Shown here piece by piece: positions 41,396-51,916 of a DNA stretch of 64,000 nucleotides. Every line of letters starts with the position of its first letter. Within the stretch, counting starts at the first letter, position 1. The stretch is from an uncultured Sulfurimonas sp. Its GTDB lineage: Bacteria > Campylobacterota > Campylobacteria > Campylobacterales > Sulfurimonadaceae. The notes beneath the pieces are model-generated. The model was not told where the DNA came from. It ran no database searches and saw only the letters and a list, made by a program, of their open reading frames with translations. The stretch is taken from assembly GCA_964642985.1 (NCBI GenBank), contig CAZXSD010000002.1, positions 3,117 through 67,116 of the forward strand. The letters are read 5' to 3'. The position numbers and the translations under genes were made by a program.

Positions 41396-43279
41396 CTAAA
41401 GCTTTCTTAAAATAGAGAAACTTTCACTTTGTTCTAAAATCTCAAAACCATCAATTATAATAGGTTTAAAAACGATAAAAATAGCATCATCATTCACTCT
41501 ACTTTTCATATTTTCTAAAAATAGTTCAAGTTTATCAACTCTAGCGATAACAAAATCATAATTATTAAAACTCTCTTTCATATTAGTTTGGTCAGCTTGT
41601 TTAAAAGAGAGTTGTTTAACAATTCTCTCATAACCAAAGTCAGCTAAAGAAACTGTTTTATCTTTACATTTTAAAATTTTGTTCTCTTTAAAATCTACAC
41701 CTACTCTAATAAACCGAGCTGAACTATCAACACCATCTACTTGATTGAAATATCGTGCTAACTCAAAACTACTCCGTCCAGTACGGCAACCAAAGTCCAA
41801 TACCTTTGAAGTACCTGCTGTATATTTTATAGATTGAGTGATGTAACTATAATCTCCATCACTAAAATAGTTCTCAAAACAATTTTTTGCAACATCATCT
41901 TCATAAATAATATCTTCTTGTGCTATATCTTGCGCATCTGAAATAACATAACGAAATCCAGCATTTTGATAAAAGTGTTTTCTAAAAGCATAACGTGAAT
42001 GTTTCATTACAAGGTTTCCACTACTTGCCCACGAAGAACCTAAAATAAGTGAATGTTTATTATCAAAGGTTGGTGTAGAAAAGTCATCATAAGCTTCATG
42101 TACTTTAAAACCATCAAATCCAAAAATAGAAGTTCGACTCCATTGCCATACATTACCAACTACATCATAGATACCATTAAAGTTATGTTTGTCGATAGGT
42201 GTTGAACTAAAGTTTACAAGATTTTGATTTGCGTTCACTTCATCTAACTCTAAAATATCCTTTAATCCACTCTGTTCATAAATAGCTCTATACTCTACTT
42301 CACTTGGTAATGAATATTTTATACCCTCTTTTTGACCTTTATATCTACAAAAAGCTTCCGCTTCAAGAGCATTTACCTCAACAGGAAAATTTAATGGCAT
42401 ATCTATTATAGAAGAAAGTGTTCTATATTTAAAAGCATTTTTTTCTTGTATCCAAAAAGGTGGATATTTAGCATCTGTTGTTTTTAAAAAAGTTTGCCCC
42501 TCTTTATCCCAAAACTCTAAAGTTTCATAACCATTATCCTCAACAAACTCCATAAATTCAGCATTACTTACTAAATATTTTGAAGTTTTAAAAGGTTTTA
42601 GACTCTCCTCATATACTCCATATTCATTATCCCAACCATAGAGATTATAATTTACCTCTTTTCCAAGTTTTATATCTGAAGAGTCTATATCTATCATCTC
42701 ATTTACAGGAGCATCTGAAAACTCTTCACAAAAAGGAAATTCATCTACACTTTTTACAAACTCTAAGGGCATCTGACGATGAAGAACTAATGATGTTTCT
42801 ATATGTATACGTTCATGTTCTATTCCCATAAGAATAATCCACATATCAGAGTCTTGAGCTATTGGAAGTGTTAAAGGTAAAGTTGAAATAAGATTATCCA
42901 CAACTTCTTTTACTTTATCTCGATACTCTCGAACTTCACTAACCTCAGCCCAATTATAGTTAGAACTCTCAACATCATCCCAACTCATCTCATCAACACC
43001 TACGGCAAACATAGACTCAAAATTTGGATTAATACGTTCGTTTATTATGTTCATATTGATAAGTTTATTGATAAAAAATGTCGCTGTATGACCAAAATAA
43101 AATATCATAGGATGACGTGTAATCTCTGACTTTTGATAAAAGACACTATCATCTTTTAAAAGTTCAAATATTTTTTCATAGAGAGAGTAAGTATTATGAA
43201 AATACTCTTTTATCTCTTGGCGTTTGTTTTGTATTGAATTTCCATTTAAAGTTGGAGGGTATATGCTAAGCTTACTCAA
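41396..43279 (-). CDS. ovoA: 5-histidylcysteine sulfoxide synthase (OvoA), shortened methyltransferase domain
   Basis: RHPMIFYFGHT, GVDEMSWDD, HERIHIE iron motif, YGWDNEYG, YDDFS, RYAFRKHF; SAM motif LDFGCRTGR. Confidence 0.88.
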   Translation of the reverse strand: MSKLSIYPPTLNGNSIQNKRQEIKEYFHNTYSLYEKIFELLKDDSVFYQKSEITRHPMIFYFGHTATFFINKLINMNIINERINPNFESMFAVGVDEMSWDDVESSNYNWAEVSEVREYRDKVKEVVDNLISTLPLTLPIAQDSDMWIILMGIEHERIHIETSLVLHRQMPLEFVKSVDEFPFCEEFSDAPVNEMIDIDSSDIKLGKEVNYNLYGWDNEYGVYEESLKPFKTSKYLVSNAEFMEFVEDNGYETLEFWDKEGQTFLKTTDAKYPPFWIQEKNAFKYRTLSSIIDMPLNFPVEVNALEAEAFCRYKGQKEGIKYSLPSEVEYRAIYEQSGLKDILELDEVNANQNLVNFSSTPIDKHNFNGIYDVVGNVWQWSRTSIFGFDGFKVHEAYDDFSTPTFDNKHSLILGSSWASSGNLVMKHSRYAFRKHFYQNAGFRYVISDAQDIAQEDIIYEDDVAKNCFENYFSDGDYSYITQSIKYTAGTSKVLDFGCRTGRSSFELARYFNQVDGVDSSARFIRVGVDFKENKILKCKDKTVSLADFGYERIVKQLSFKQADQTNMKESFNNYDFVIARVDKLELFLENMKSRVNDDAIFIVFKPIIIDGFEILEQSESFSILRKL

Positions 43280-43353
43280 AAATAGCCTTTGTTATAATTA
43301 TTGTATGAGATTATATCAAACAACTATTTTAAAAAACTTTTAAGGAGTGTCAA

Positions 43354-43599
43354 ATGAAGATGCTTATACTTTTTTTACTTATCGGTAATATTTATGCAGA
43401 TAATAATAGGTCAATAAAAGAAAAAGTTAATGAAGACTTTGTTCAACTCAATAATTATCATACTGATAATGTAGGTGAAGCACTTCTTATATTAGGTATT
43501 TCAGCAATACTTCATCCCAAAGAAGCTGTTAATTACTTCAAAGAAGAAAAAAAAGAGCTTCCTACTGAGTTTGAGTATTTAGATGAATTTTCTAAATAA
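43354..43599 (+). CDS. Small hypothetical exported protein
   Basis: 81-aa ORF, strong RBS TAAGGAG, signal-peptide-like N-terminus, upstream TATAAT. Confidence 0.6.
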   Translation: MKMLILFLLIGNIYADNNRSIKEKVNEDFVQLNNYHTDNVGEALLILGISAILHPKEAVNYFKEEKKELPTEFEYLDEFSK

Positions 43600-45415
43600 A
43601 ATTCTCTACTCTTCTTGCCAACTGTTCAGGTAAAAGTCCTAAAGATTCTTCTACAAGTTTAGTATTACCATGAGTAATAAATTTATCTTCATATTCAAAA
43701 CTTACAACTTCAATATCTAATATCTTATCCTCAGCTAAAAATTCTAATATAGCAGAACCAACTCCACCCATTTTTGAACTATCTGAAAATATAAACCATT
43801 TTTTATGTTGAGTAGCCATATTTCTTAACATATCGTTATCTAAAGGCTTCACAAAACGTAAATCTAAAATACTTACCTCTTGCTCTAAAAACTTAGAAGT
43901 TTCATAAGCACGACCAACTCCATTTCCATACCCTATAAAAAGTATATCACTTTTATTAGAGAGTAAGAGTTGAGATTTTGCTAACTCAAATGGTATCGAC
44001 TCAGGTAAAGTTGTTGGAGTAAATGAACCTCTAGGATAACGTAAAGAACAAGGGTGTTTATACTCTGAGGCAAATGCCATCGCTTGATGAAATGATTTTT
44101 CATCTCTTGGAGCAAAAAGTGTCATATTTGGTAAGGCTCTTAAAAAACTAATATCAAATACACCTTGATGTGTTTCTCCATCTTCTCCAACTATTCCAGC
44201 ACGGTCAAGAGCAAATACAACTGGCAGATCCATCAAACAAGTATCATGCATAACTTGATCAAATCCACGCTGTAAAAAAGTTGAATAGATAGTACAAAAT
44301 GGTTTAAAACCCTCTTTTGCTAAGGCACTCATAGATGTTACCGCATGTTGTTCAGCAATAGCAACATCCCAAAATCTATCTGGATAAAGTTCCATAAGTT
44401 CCGTTAATCCCGTTCCACTAGGCATAGCTGCCGTTGCACCAACAATTTTATCATTATTTTTTGCAAGGTGCATTAAAGATTCTGTATAGATTTGAGTTGC
44501 ACTTTTAGAGGTACTTTTTTTAGACGAGTGTCCATTACTTAGATCAAAAGGACCTACTCCATGCCACTTCTCCTCTTTACCTTCAGCAATATCATAACCC
44601 TTCCCTTTAAGTGTTTGACAATGAATAATAACAGGACGACCTAAGTTTTTAGCTTTTTCAAATATCTCGATTAAGGACTCTAAGTTATGTCCATCAACTG
44701 GACCAATGTAGTTAATCCCCATCTCTTCAAACATAATACCTGGAGTAATAAGCTTTAAGCCCTCCTCCATACGTTTGGCAATATAGTGAGCACTCTCGCC
44801 AAAATTATCTACAAACTTTTCTGTTTGCATCTTAAATTTTTGATAAAAAGGACCAGCCATTGCAGAACTTAGCATTCTACTTAATGCACCTATAGGTTTA
44901 GCAATACTCATCTCATTATCATTTAAAATAATAACCATAGGATATTTTCTATCACCAAGTTCATTCAGTGCTTCATAAACCATACCAGCAGTCATAGAAC
45001 CATCACCAATCATCACAACAGGAATACGACTCTCTTGTTCGCCTTTAAGTGCAATAGCCTTAGCAGCCCCAACACCTAAAGAGATAGAGGTAGAACTATG
45101 TCCTGCCACAAAATAATCATCATCACTTTCACTAGGTTTTGTATAACCACACAAACCATCAAACTGACGTAAAGTATCAAACTCATCCCATCTATCTGTT
45201 AGAAGTTTATGTGCATAGGACTGATGTGAAACATCAAAGATAAAAGGGTCTTTTTTAGAATCAAATACTTTATGCATAGCAACAATAAGTTCCGTAGCAC
45301 CAAGTGTTGAACTAAGATGTCCACCATTTTTACTCACTACTCGTAAAATTTCATTACGTATATCTTTACAAACTATCTCTAGTTCATCTATACTTTTAGA
45401 TTTTATATTATTCAC
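43592..45415 (-). CDS. dxs: 1-deoxy-D-xylulose-5-phosphate synthase
   Basis: GGHL, GHSSTS, GDGS...LNDN, IAEQHA, DRAG, GETHQG. Confidence 0.97.
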   Translation of the reverse strand: MNNIKSKSIDELEIVCKDIRNEILRVVSKNGGHLSSTLGATELIVAMHKVFDSKKDPFIFDVSHQSYAHKLLTDRWDEFDTLRQFDGLCGYTKPSESDDDYFVAGHSSTSISLGVGAAKAIALKGEQESRIPVVMIGDGSMTAGMVYEALNELGDRKYPMVIILNDNEMSIAKPIGALSRMLSSAMAGPFYQKFKMQTEKFVDNFGESAHYIAKRMEEGLKLITPGIMFEEMGINYIGPVDGHNLESLIEIFEKAKNLGRPVIIHCQTLKGKGYDIAEGKEEKWHGVGPFDLSNGHSSKKSTSKSATQIYTESLMHLAKNNDKIVGATAAMPSGTGLTELMELYPDRFWDVAIAEQHAVTSMSALAKEGFKPFCTIYSTFLQRGFDQVMHDTCLMDLPVVFALDRAGIVGEDGETHQGVFDISFLRALPNMTLFAPRDEKSFHQAMAFASEYKHPCSLRYPRGSFTPTTLPESIPFELAKSQLLLSNKSDILFIGYGNGVGRAYETSKFLEQEVSILDLRFVKPLDNDMLRNMATQHKKWFIFSDSSKMGGVGSAILEFLAEDKILDIEVVSFEYEDKFITHGNTKLVEESLGLLPEQLARRVENFI

Positions 45416-46172
45416 TTAAAGCTGCTCTTTTTACTCTTTCAAATCTTTTAGAGATTTGTGCATCTATATTTCCTGCATCACTAATAGCGATAACACCACC
45501 AGCAGTAACTGCACTATCTGAAACAATAACAATCTGTTCTAAGCTTCCTAATTTTTCAGAAAGAGACCCATGATTTAAAGGATTTACTCTTAATGTGATT
45601 TTTGATGCACTTTGAAGTTCTCTTATTAAATTTTGTGCTAAACCATAAGCAACTTGATTGGAATTCTCAGATACTTCACTATTTACAACCTCTTTAGCAA
45701 TATCTAACGCTGCTAACATCAAGTCATTTTTAATATTTTCCAATGCCGTTTCAAACTCTTTTGAAGTTCTCTCTAATGTAGATATTGACACAGAAAACTG
45801 TTCTGTTGCACTATTTATATTATTTGTAGCTTCTAGTAAGGCTTGTTCTCTACCTGCTTTCATCCCTTCGGCAAAAGCTTCCTCTTTCGCTTTTTTAAGA
45901 TTTAAAACATACTCATCATCTTTATCTTCAAGTTTCATCTGAAGTTTTATAAAATTAGATGACATATCTTCTGTTTTTTGCATTAATGATTCGATTAAAG
46001 AGTCTTTTGAACTTTGAGATAATGCACTCGAATCTACCTCTCTTCGTCTTTCAACAGGAGCCTCTTGTTCTTGAATATCTATTTCTGGTTCCGATACTGA
46101 ACCTAATGATTTAAAATTATATTTATTAATATTGTGTCCATCTGCATTATGCTCTGAAATTACTATTGCCAT
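45408..46172 (-). CDS. fliH: Flagellar assembly protein FliH
   Basis: AxxxG repeats, LRVNP, GG.....G.IDA; follows fliF-fliG. Confidence 0.9.
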   Translation of the reverse strand: MAIVISEHNADGHNINKYNFKSLGSVSEPEIDIQEQEAPVERRREVDSSALSQSSKDSLIESLMQKTEDMSSNFIKLQMKLEDKDDEYVLNLKKAKEEAFAEGMKAGREQALLEATNNINSATEQFSVSISTLERTSKEFETALENIKNDLMLAALDIAKEVVNSEVSENSNQVAYGLAQNLIRELQSASKITLRVNPLNHGSLSEKLGSLEQIVIVSDSAVTAGGVIAISDAGNIDAQISKRFERVKRAALSE

Positions 46173-46176
46173 ATCA

Positions 46177-47208
46177 TTAACCTATCATCTCGTCACTTGA
46201 ACCCATTTGGATTGTTCCAGCTTCCGCTAAACTATTTACAACTTCAACAATTTTTCTTTGTGCTCCTTCAACATCTTTCATCTTAACAGCACCAAGGAAC
46301 TGCATATCCTCTTCAAATGCTTCTCTAGCTCTTGAACTCATAGCAGAAAAGAATTTCTCTTTAAGTTCAGCTGGTGCTGATTTAAGAGCTAACATAAGTT
46401 CCGCTTTATCTGCTGTTTTAAGAATCTCTGTAATAGCAGTCTTATCTAAACCTGCCATATCTTCAAATGTAAACATCATCTCTTTAATCATAGTTGCTAA
46501 CTCTTCATCCACTTGTTCAATAGTAGCAAGTGTTGCTTTAGAAGATTTTGCACCAAGGCGATTGAAAATATCTGCAACAGCACGTGTTCCACCAACTTCA
46601 ACTTTATAAGATGCAAGTGATTCAAGTTTAGACTCAAGAACTGCTGAAACTCGTTTAATAACAGAGGGAGAAATATCTCCTAGTTTTGCCATTCTCATAG
46701 AAACTTCACTTCGTAACTCATCTGGAAAAAACTGAAGTGTATCAGCTGCTTCGGTTGCATCCATATGTGCTAAGATAAGAGCAATTGTTTGTGGATGTTC
46801 ATGTGTAATAAAGTCTGAAAGCTGTTGAGGCTTTATTTTTGAAAGATACGAAAAGTTTTGAGTATTTTGCATACTTTTTGAAAGCTTATCTATAATTTTT
46901 TTAGCCTCATCTGGACCTAATGTTCTATATAAAAGCTCTCTTGCATACTCTAAACCACCCGATGTAATATATTGACCAGATTGAAAAATAATATGAAACT
47001 CTTCTAAAATCTCTGTTACTATCGCTTTATCAACTGTTTTTGAAATAGCGATATATTTAGAAATTTCAGTAATTGCATTAAGCTCTAAATGTGTAAAAAC
47101 AGCGGAAGTTGATTCTTCACCAAGCTGTAATAATAAAATGGCTACTTTTTCTGATGTTGACATAGCATCTAATATTTCTTTCTGTTCTGGAGATAAATTA
47201 TTACTCAT
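46177..47208 (-). CDS. fliG: Flagellar motor switch protein FliG
   Basis: EHPQTIALIL, MFTFED, VEGAQRKIV. Confidence 0.96.
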   Translation of the reverse strand: MSNNLSPEQKEILDAMSTSEKVAILLLQLGEESTSAVFTHLELNAITEISKYIAISKTVDKAIVTEILEEFHIIFQSGQYITSGGLEYARELLYRTLGPDEAKKIIDKLSKSMQNTQNFSYLSKIKPQQLSDFITHEHPQTIALILAHMDATEAADTLQFFPDELRSEVSMRMAKLGDISPSVIKRVSAVLESKLESLASYKVEVGGTRAVADIFNRLGAKSSKATLATIEQVDEELATMIKEMMFTFEDMAGLDKTAITEILKTADKAELMLALKSAPAELKEKFFSAMSSRAREAFEEDMQFLGAVKMKDVEGAQRKIVEVVNSLAEAGTIQMGSSDEMIG

Positions 47209-47211
47209 TTT

Positions 47212-48921
47212 CTATCCTTTTTCTGCACTGACTATTCCATCAGTCTCTTCTAAAAGAGCTTGAAGAAGTGCTGATGTTTCTTGAGGATTATCATTTAATA
47301 TTAATCTTAATTTTTCTAATAATACATCATGCTTTAGTTCTTCTTCATTTAAGTTATCACCAAAACCTAACTGATCCTCAACTTTCTTACGCATAGCTTG
47401 AACACGTTCTACTAAATCATCTTCTTCTTCTTCATCTAAATCTAATTGAGGTCGTGATAAATCATCGTCCTCTTTTGTAACGCTAAGCATACGCTCTGCA
47501 AATGGAGTGATAACTTTTTTATATAAAATAAGTAATAAAATAAGTACAAAGAAATATTTAAAAAATTCAGAAAAAGGTAATAAGTATGTTTCAGCAAAAC
47601 TAACCGCTTCTGTAACACCATCTTCTGAGATACTGGCATCTTGTCTATAAAACTGTAAATTTTGAACGGTAATCTGATCACCTCGTTCACGATCTATTCC
47701 TATAGATTGTGTTACCAATGCTGACAATGCTTCTAAATCAGATTCAGAAAGTGATTTATATTCTAACTCACTTGTTTCAATACCCTCTTCATTCAATTTA
47801 TATTTATACTGACCATCAACCATTACAGCTGCTGTAACTCTTTTTATTCTAGCAAATTGACTTTTTTTACTTGAAACAGTTTTACTAATTTCATAGTTAG
47901 TTGTTCCTGTATTTTTTTCATATTTTTCTTTTCTTTGGTTATCATCTAAACCCTGAACTGGACCAATATTACTTACAGTTCCAGGTACTCCACCTATCTG
48001 TTTTGGCGAACTACCTTCTCGTTTTTCTTCACTAATCTGTTCACTTCGAACAACATTTTCTGGATCAAAAGTTTCAGAGGTTGAATTTTGTATCGAAAAA
48101 TCATACTCAATAGTTACTTGAGCAACAATTTTATCTATACCACCAACAAAAGGCGAAATAACTTGTATGATTTTTCGTTGTCTCTTTTTTTCCTCTTTAT
48201 TTTTATATTTTTGCTGAACAGATGAAAGTTCGCCCATTTGAGCCATCTCATCTTCATCACCTAAAGTTTCCCCATCACTATTTACTAACATCACATTAGT
48301 AGAATTCATATTTGGAATAGCTGAGGCTACTAAATTTTTAATACCTCTTACTTGTCGAGGAGATAAATTTCTATTGTCCACTAAACTTATCATTACAGAG
48401 GCAGTTGGAGGAACTTGCTTCGATATAAAAAGACTCTCTTTTGGAAGTGCTAAACTTACACTTGCTGATTCAATAGGAGCAAGGGCATTTATGGTTCGAG
48501 AAAGTTCTCCCTCTAAAGCACGTAGATGTTTTATCTTTTGATCAAAACTTGTTGCTCCAAACTCTTGAGTATCAAAAAGTTCAAAACCAACACCATCATC
48601 TTTTGGAATTCCTAGTGAAGCGATAGAAATTCTCTGCTTATAAACTACATTTTTAGGTACTTTAATAACATTATTAGCAAGTAGTTTATATGGTACTTCA
48701 TCTTTTTCAAGCTGTTCAATTACCTTGGCCGCATCTGCTGAACTCAATGAATTAAAAAGTGTTTCATACTCATTATCAACATTTTTTTTAGCTGTATAAA
48801 CAATTAAAAAAACGATAAAGGAGATTACACCAATAATTGCAAATACGATAATTGTTCTTTGCTGCGTACTCAGTTTTTCAAAGAGAACAACTAACTGTGA
48901 AAAAAGTGCTTTAAAGTCCAT
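47212..48921 (-). CDS. fliF: Flagellar MS-ring protein FliF
   Basis: GFELFD, RALEGELSRTI, ASV, GGVPG, NYEISK, RGDQITV. Confidence 0.96.
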   Translation of the reverse strand: MDFKALFSQLVVLFEKLSTQQRTIIVFAIIGVISFIVFLIVYTAKKNVDNEYETLFNSLSSADAAKVIEQLEKDEVPYKLLANNVIKVPKNVVYKQRISIASLGIPKDDGVGFELFDTQEFGATSFDQKIKHLRALEGELSRTINALAPIESASVSLALPKESLFISKQVPPTASVMISLVDNRNLSPRQVRGIKNLVASAIPNMNSTNVMLVNSDGETLGDEDEMAQMGELSSVQQKYKNKEEKKRQRKIIQVISPFVGGIDKIVAQVTIEYDFSIQNSTSETFDPENVVRSEQISEEKREGSSPKQIGGVPGTVSNIGPVQGLDDNQRKEKYEKNTGTTNYEISKTVSSKKSQFARIKRVTAAVMVDGQYKYKLNEEGIETSELEYKSLSESDLEALSALVTQSIGIDRERGDQITVQNLQFYRQDASISEDGVTEAVSFAETYLLPFSEFFKYFFVLILLLILYKKVITPFAERMLSVTKEDDDLSRPQLDLDEEEEDDLVERVQAMRKKVEDQLGFGDNLNEEELKHDVLLEKLRLILNDNPQETSALLQALLEETDGIVSAEKG

Positions 48922-48940
48922 TAGATTCCAATTTTACTAA

Positions 48941-50035
48941 TTATATTAATTCTGATACTAATTCAAAAAAACGACTGTTCTGTTTTGATGTTCCAACAGT
49001 TACACGAATAGCATTCATCCCATAACCACTTAAATTTCTAACTATCATTCCTCTTTTTAAAAGAGAATCTGCGATAGTTGTAGAGTTTCGATTTTCATTA
49101 AAAACTAAAGTTACAAAATTTGTATAACTATCTATTATCTCAATTTTTTTCTCTTTTGCAAACTCTTCATATCGTTTCATCTCATCAAAACTAAGAGCTA
49201 TACACTCATTTACAAACTCTTCATCAAGAGTTGCCACACTTGCAGCTTCAAGTGAAAGTGTAGTGATATTAAAAGGAGGACGAAGTTTATAAAGCTCTTT
49301 AATGATTTTAGAATTTGAAATACCATAACCTATTCTCATCCCACCAAGACCATAAGCTTTTGAAAAAGTACCTAAATAGATTACATTTTCAAATTTAGTA
49401 ATTAAATCTTTTGGCTCAATTTTTTTAGACTCATCTTTTTTGATAGCATATTCCATATAAGCACCATCAACAACGACTAAAGTATTATTATCTATCTTTT
49501 GTATAAAATCAAATAGCTCTTGTGAATCTATTGCATCACCAGTTGGGTTATTTGGAGTACATAAAAAAATTATTGATGGTTTTTCACTCTTATAAAGTTC
49601 ATAAAATTCATCTAAATTATGTTTTTGTGAAGCTGTTCTTATTATCTCAGCTCCTACATATTTTGCATAGATTTCATACATTGCAAAGGTTACACTATTT
49701 ATAAGAATTTTTGAGTTAGAATCTGCTTTTGCATGCATTAAAAATTCTATAACTTGGTCGCTTCCAGAACCTATTATAAGGTTTTCATCTTTAATTTCAA
49801 ATCTTTGAGAAAGAGCATCTTTTAATTTTATCATACTATCATCAGGATAAAGAGCCATATTTGATACTATATTAACTACTGCCTCTTTTACTTTAGGTGA
49901 ACACCCATAAGGGTTTTCATTTGAAGCTAGTTTTACAATATCTTTTGGTTCTATTCCAAATTCACGAACTACAAGTTCTATCGGTTTTCCAGCTTCATAA
50001 GTTTTTATATTTTCTAGTTTTTTGTTAAAATTCAA
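48941..50035 (-). CDS. hisC: Histidinol-phosphate aminotransferase
   Basis: [31 protein letters not shown]. Confidence 0.95.
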   Translation of the reverse strand: MNFNKKLENIKTYEAGKPIELVVREFGIEPKDIVKLASNENPYGCSPKVKEAVVNIVSNMALYPDDSMIKLKDALSQRFEIKDENLIIGSGSDQVIEFLMHAKADSNSKILINSVTFAMYEIYAKYVGAEIIRTASQKHNLDEFYELYKSEKPSIIFLCTPNNPTGDAIDSQELFDFIQKIDNNTLVVVDGAYMEYAIKKDESKKIEPKDLITKFENVIYLGTFSKAYGLGGMRIGYGISNSKIIKELYKLRPPFNITTLSLEAASVATLDEEFVNECIALSFDEMKRYEEFAKEKKIEIIDSYTNFVTLVFNENRNSTTIADSLLKRGMIVRNLSGYGMNAIRVTVGTSKQNSRFFELVSELI

Positions 50036-51132
50036 CTCTCACCCTTTACATAGCTTCCAAGCCATGTTACTTCTGTTGTATGTTTTGCTATCACTTTTTG
50101 AACTACTGCATCATCTATATGACCATAAAAATCTATATAGAACCAATAACCAAATCCACTTTTATCTTTAGATGGTCGTGACTCTATTTTTGAAAGATTA
50201 ATACTTGCATCATTAAAATCTTGTAAAAAGTTTGCTAGTGAACCTGGCTCTGCTGCATCTTTTAAACGTACAAGTATAGATGTTTTATCATGCTCACTCG
50301 CACTATTTTTAAAATCACTTAAAATTACAAAACGTGTTGCACTATCATGTTCATCTTCTATATTTTCAAACATTGTTGGAACACTATAAAGCTTTGCTGC
50401 GATATGTGAACATATTGCACCAGATGTTGGGTCTTGTGCTGATAAGACTGCTGCTTTTGCAGTTGATTCTACTGGAATTTGTTCTACATTTAAAAGTCCA
50501 TGCTCTGAAAGAAACTCTCTGCATTGACCAAAACCTTTATCTTTTGAATAAATTTTAGTAACTTTATCTAAAGATGTCGCCTTAGTAGCAAAAGACATAT
50601 GAATGGGCATATAAAGTTCAGATACAATTTTCACTGTACTTTTTGCCAGTAAATCTAATGTCTCACCAACAATCCCATCACGAGAATTTTCAATAGGAAC
50701 AACACCAAACTTAGCACCTTTAGACTCAAGAGTTTTAAAAACTCCACTAATAGAAGCAAGAGGAAGATAATCACTCATAGCACCAAAACGACTCTCAGCA
50801 GCTTGATGAGTAAAAGTACCTTCTGGTCCAAGATAGGCTATGCGTTCAGGACGTTCGAGATTTCGTGAAACTGCAAAAATTTCTAAAAATATAGCTTCGA
50901 TTGCACCTTTATTTAATGCACCATCACTCTCTAAACTTTTTTGAGTCAATCTATCTAAAATAGCTTTTTCACGCTCTGGTCTATAGATAGCACTTCCATC
51001 ATTACTTTTTATCTCACCAACTCTATGAACAACGTTCATACGTTTGTTCAAAAGTTCTAATATCTCATTATCTATAAGGTCAAGTGCATCTCTACAATCT
51101 TCTAATCTTTCCCATTGGCTTGTACTTTTCAT
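50032..51132 (-). CDS. pheA: Chorismate mutase / prephenate dehydratase
   Basis: N-terminal CM domain, [19 protein letters not shown] domain with IESRP. Confidence 0.95.
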   Translation of the reverse strand: MKSTSQWERLEDCRDALDLIDNEILELLNKRMNVVHRVGEIKSNDGSAIYRPEREKAILDRLTQKSLESDGALNKGAIEAIFLEIFAVSRNLERPERIAYLGPEGTFTHQAAESRFGAMSDYLPLASISGVFKTLESKGAKFGVVPIENSRDGIVGETLDLLAKSTVKIVSELYMPIHMSFATKATSLDKVTKIYSKDKGFGQCREFLSEHGLLNVEQIPVESTAKAAVLSAQDPTSGAICSHIAAKLYSVPTMFENIEDEHDSATRFVILSDFKNSASEHDKTSILVRLKDAAEPGSLANFLQDFNDASINLSKIESRPSKDKSGFGYWFYIDFYGHIDDAVVQKVIAKHTTEVTWLGSYVKGES

Positions 51133-51905
51133 ATCTTCTCCAATATCTCTTGCATATCATCAAATATTAAATCTGGTTTTAGACTCTCTTTTAAAAATGG
51201 TACTATCTCTTGTGCAGTTTTATATTTACCACTTGTTACAAAAATAGTCTTAACACCCATCTCTTTAGCTCCACCTAAATCACCCTTTACGTCATCACTA
51301 ATCATCGTTATATCACTAAAGTTAGCATCACTATTTTGCTTTTGAAGTCCTTTTAATGACTCTTCATAAAACGCAAGACTTGGTTTTCCTACAACTGTAT
51401 AGGTACAAGATGTAGCAAACTCTAAGAGCTTTAAAACAGCTCCAACACCTGGATAGCGTTTATTATTTTTAGCATAGATAGAAGTTTCGTGCATTCCAAC
51501 TAAAGATGCTCCTGCTAAGATAAAATCTATCATCTGAGCATATTCATCAGCCAAAAAATCTTCTTTTATAGCTACTAAAACTGTTTTAGGATTTTCATAA
51601 TCTAAAATATATCCCATCTTTTGTAATGTAACTAAAAACTCTTTTGCACCATAGGCTGCAACAGCCTCTTTTTGAACACGAGAAGCTAAAAGCATTAAAG
51701 GGTCAAGGTATTTATCAAAACTAAAATTAAAGCCTATAGAATTTAGATAGCTATAAAAATCTTGTGATGCTTTTTTAGTATTGTTTGTAATTATCATATA
51801 TGGTGTTTGAGTCTCATTTAATCTATCAATAAACTCTATACTTCCCCGAATAGGAGATTTATCACTATCGCTGATTAAAGTACCTTGAACATCTATGAAA
51901 TACAT
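51129..51905 (-). CDS. HAD-superfamily class IIA hydrolase
   Basis: FIDVQGTL, TNN, GKP, MISDD...D, V.SGK. Confidence 0.85.
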   Translation of the reverse strand: MYFIDVQGTLISDSDKSPIRGSIEFIDRLNETQTPYMIITNNTKKASQDFYSYLNSIGFNFSFDKYLDPLMLLASRVQKEAVAAYGAKEFLVTLQKMGYILDYENPKTVLVAIKEDFLADEYAQMIDFILAGASLVGMHETSIYAKNNKRYPGVGAVLKLLEFATSCTYTVVGKPSLAFYEESLKGLQKQNSDANFSDITMISDDVKGDLGGAKEMGVKTIFVTSGKYKTAQEIVPFLKESLKPDLIFDDMQEILEKI

Positions 51906-51916
51906 TTTTTAATACC

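Noticed and set aside
41396-43279. Selenometabolite (selenoneine/ovoselenol) cluster
   Set aside because: No selD or selenosugar synthase nearby; motifs match ordinary OvoA.
47442-47690. 82-aa same-strand alternative-frame ORF in fliF (likewise 34713 and 62720)
   Set aside because: Nested in conserved genes with no motif support.
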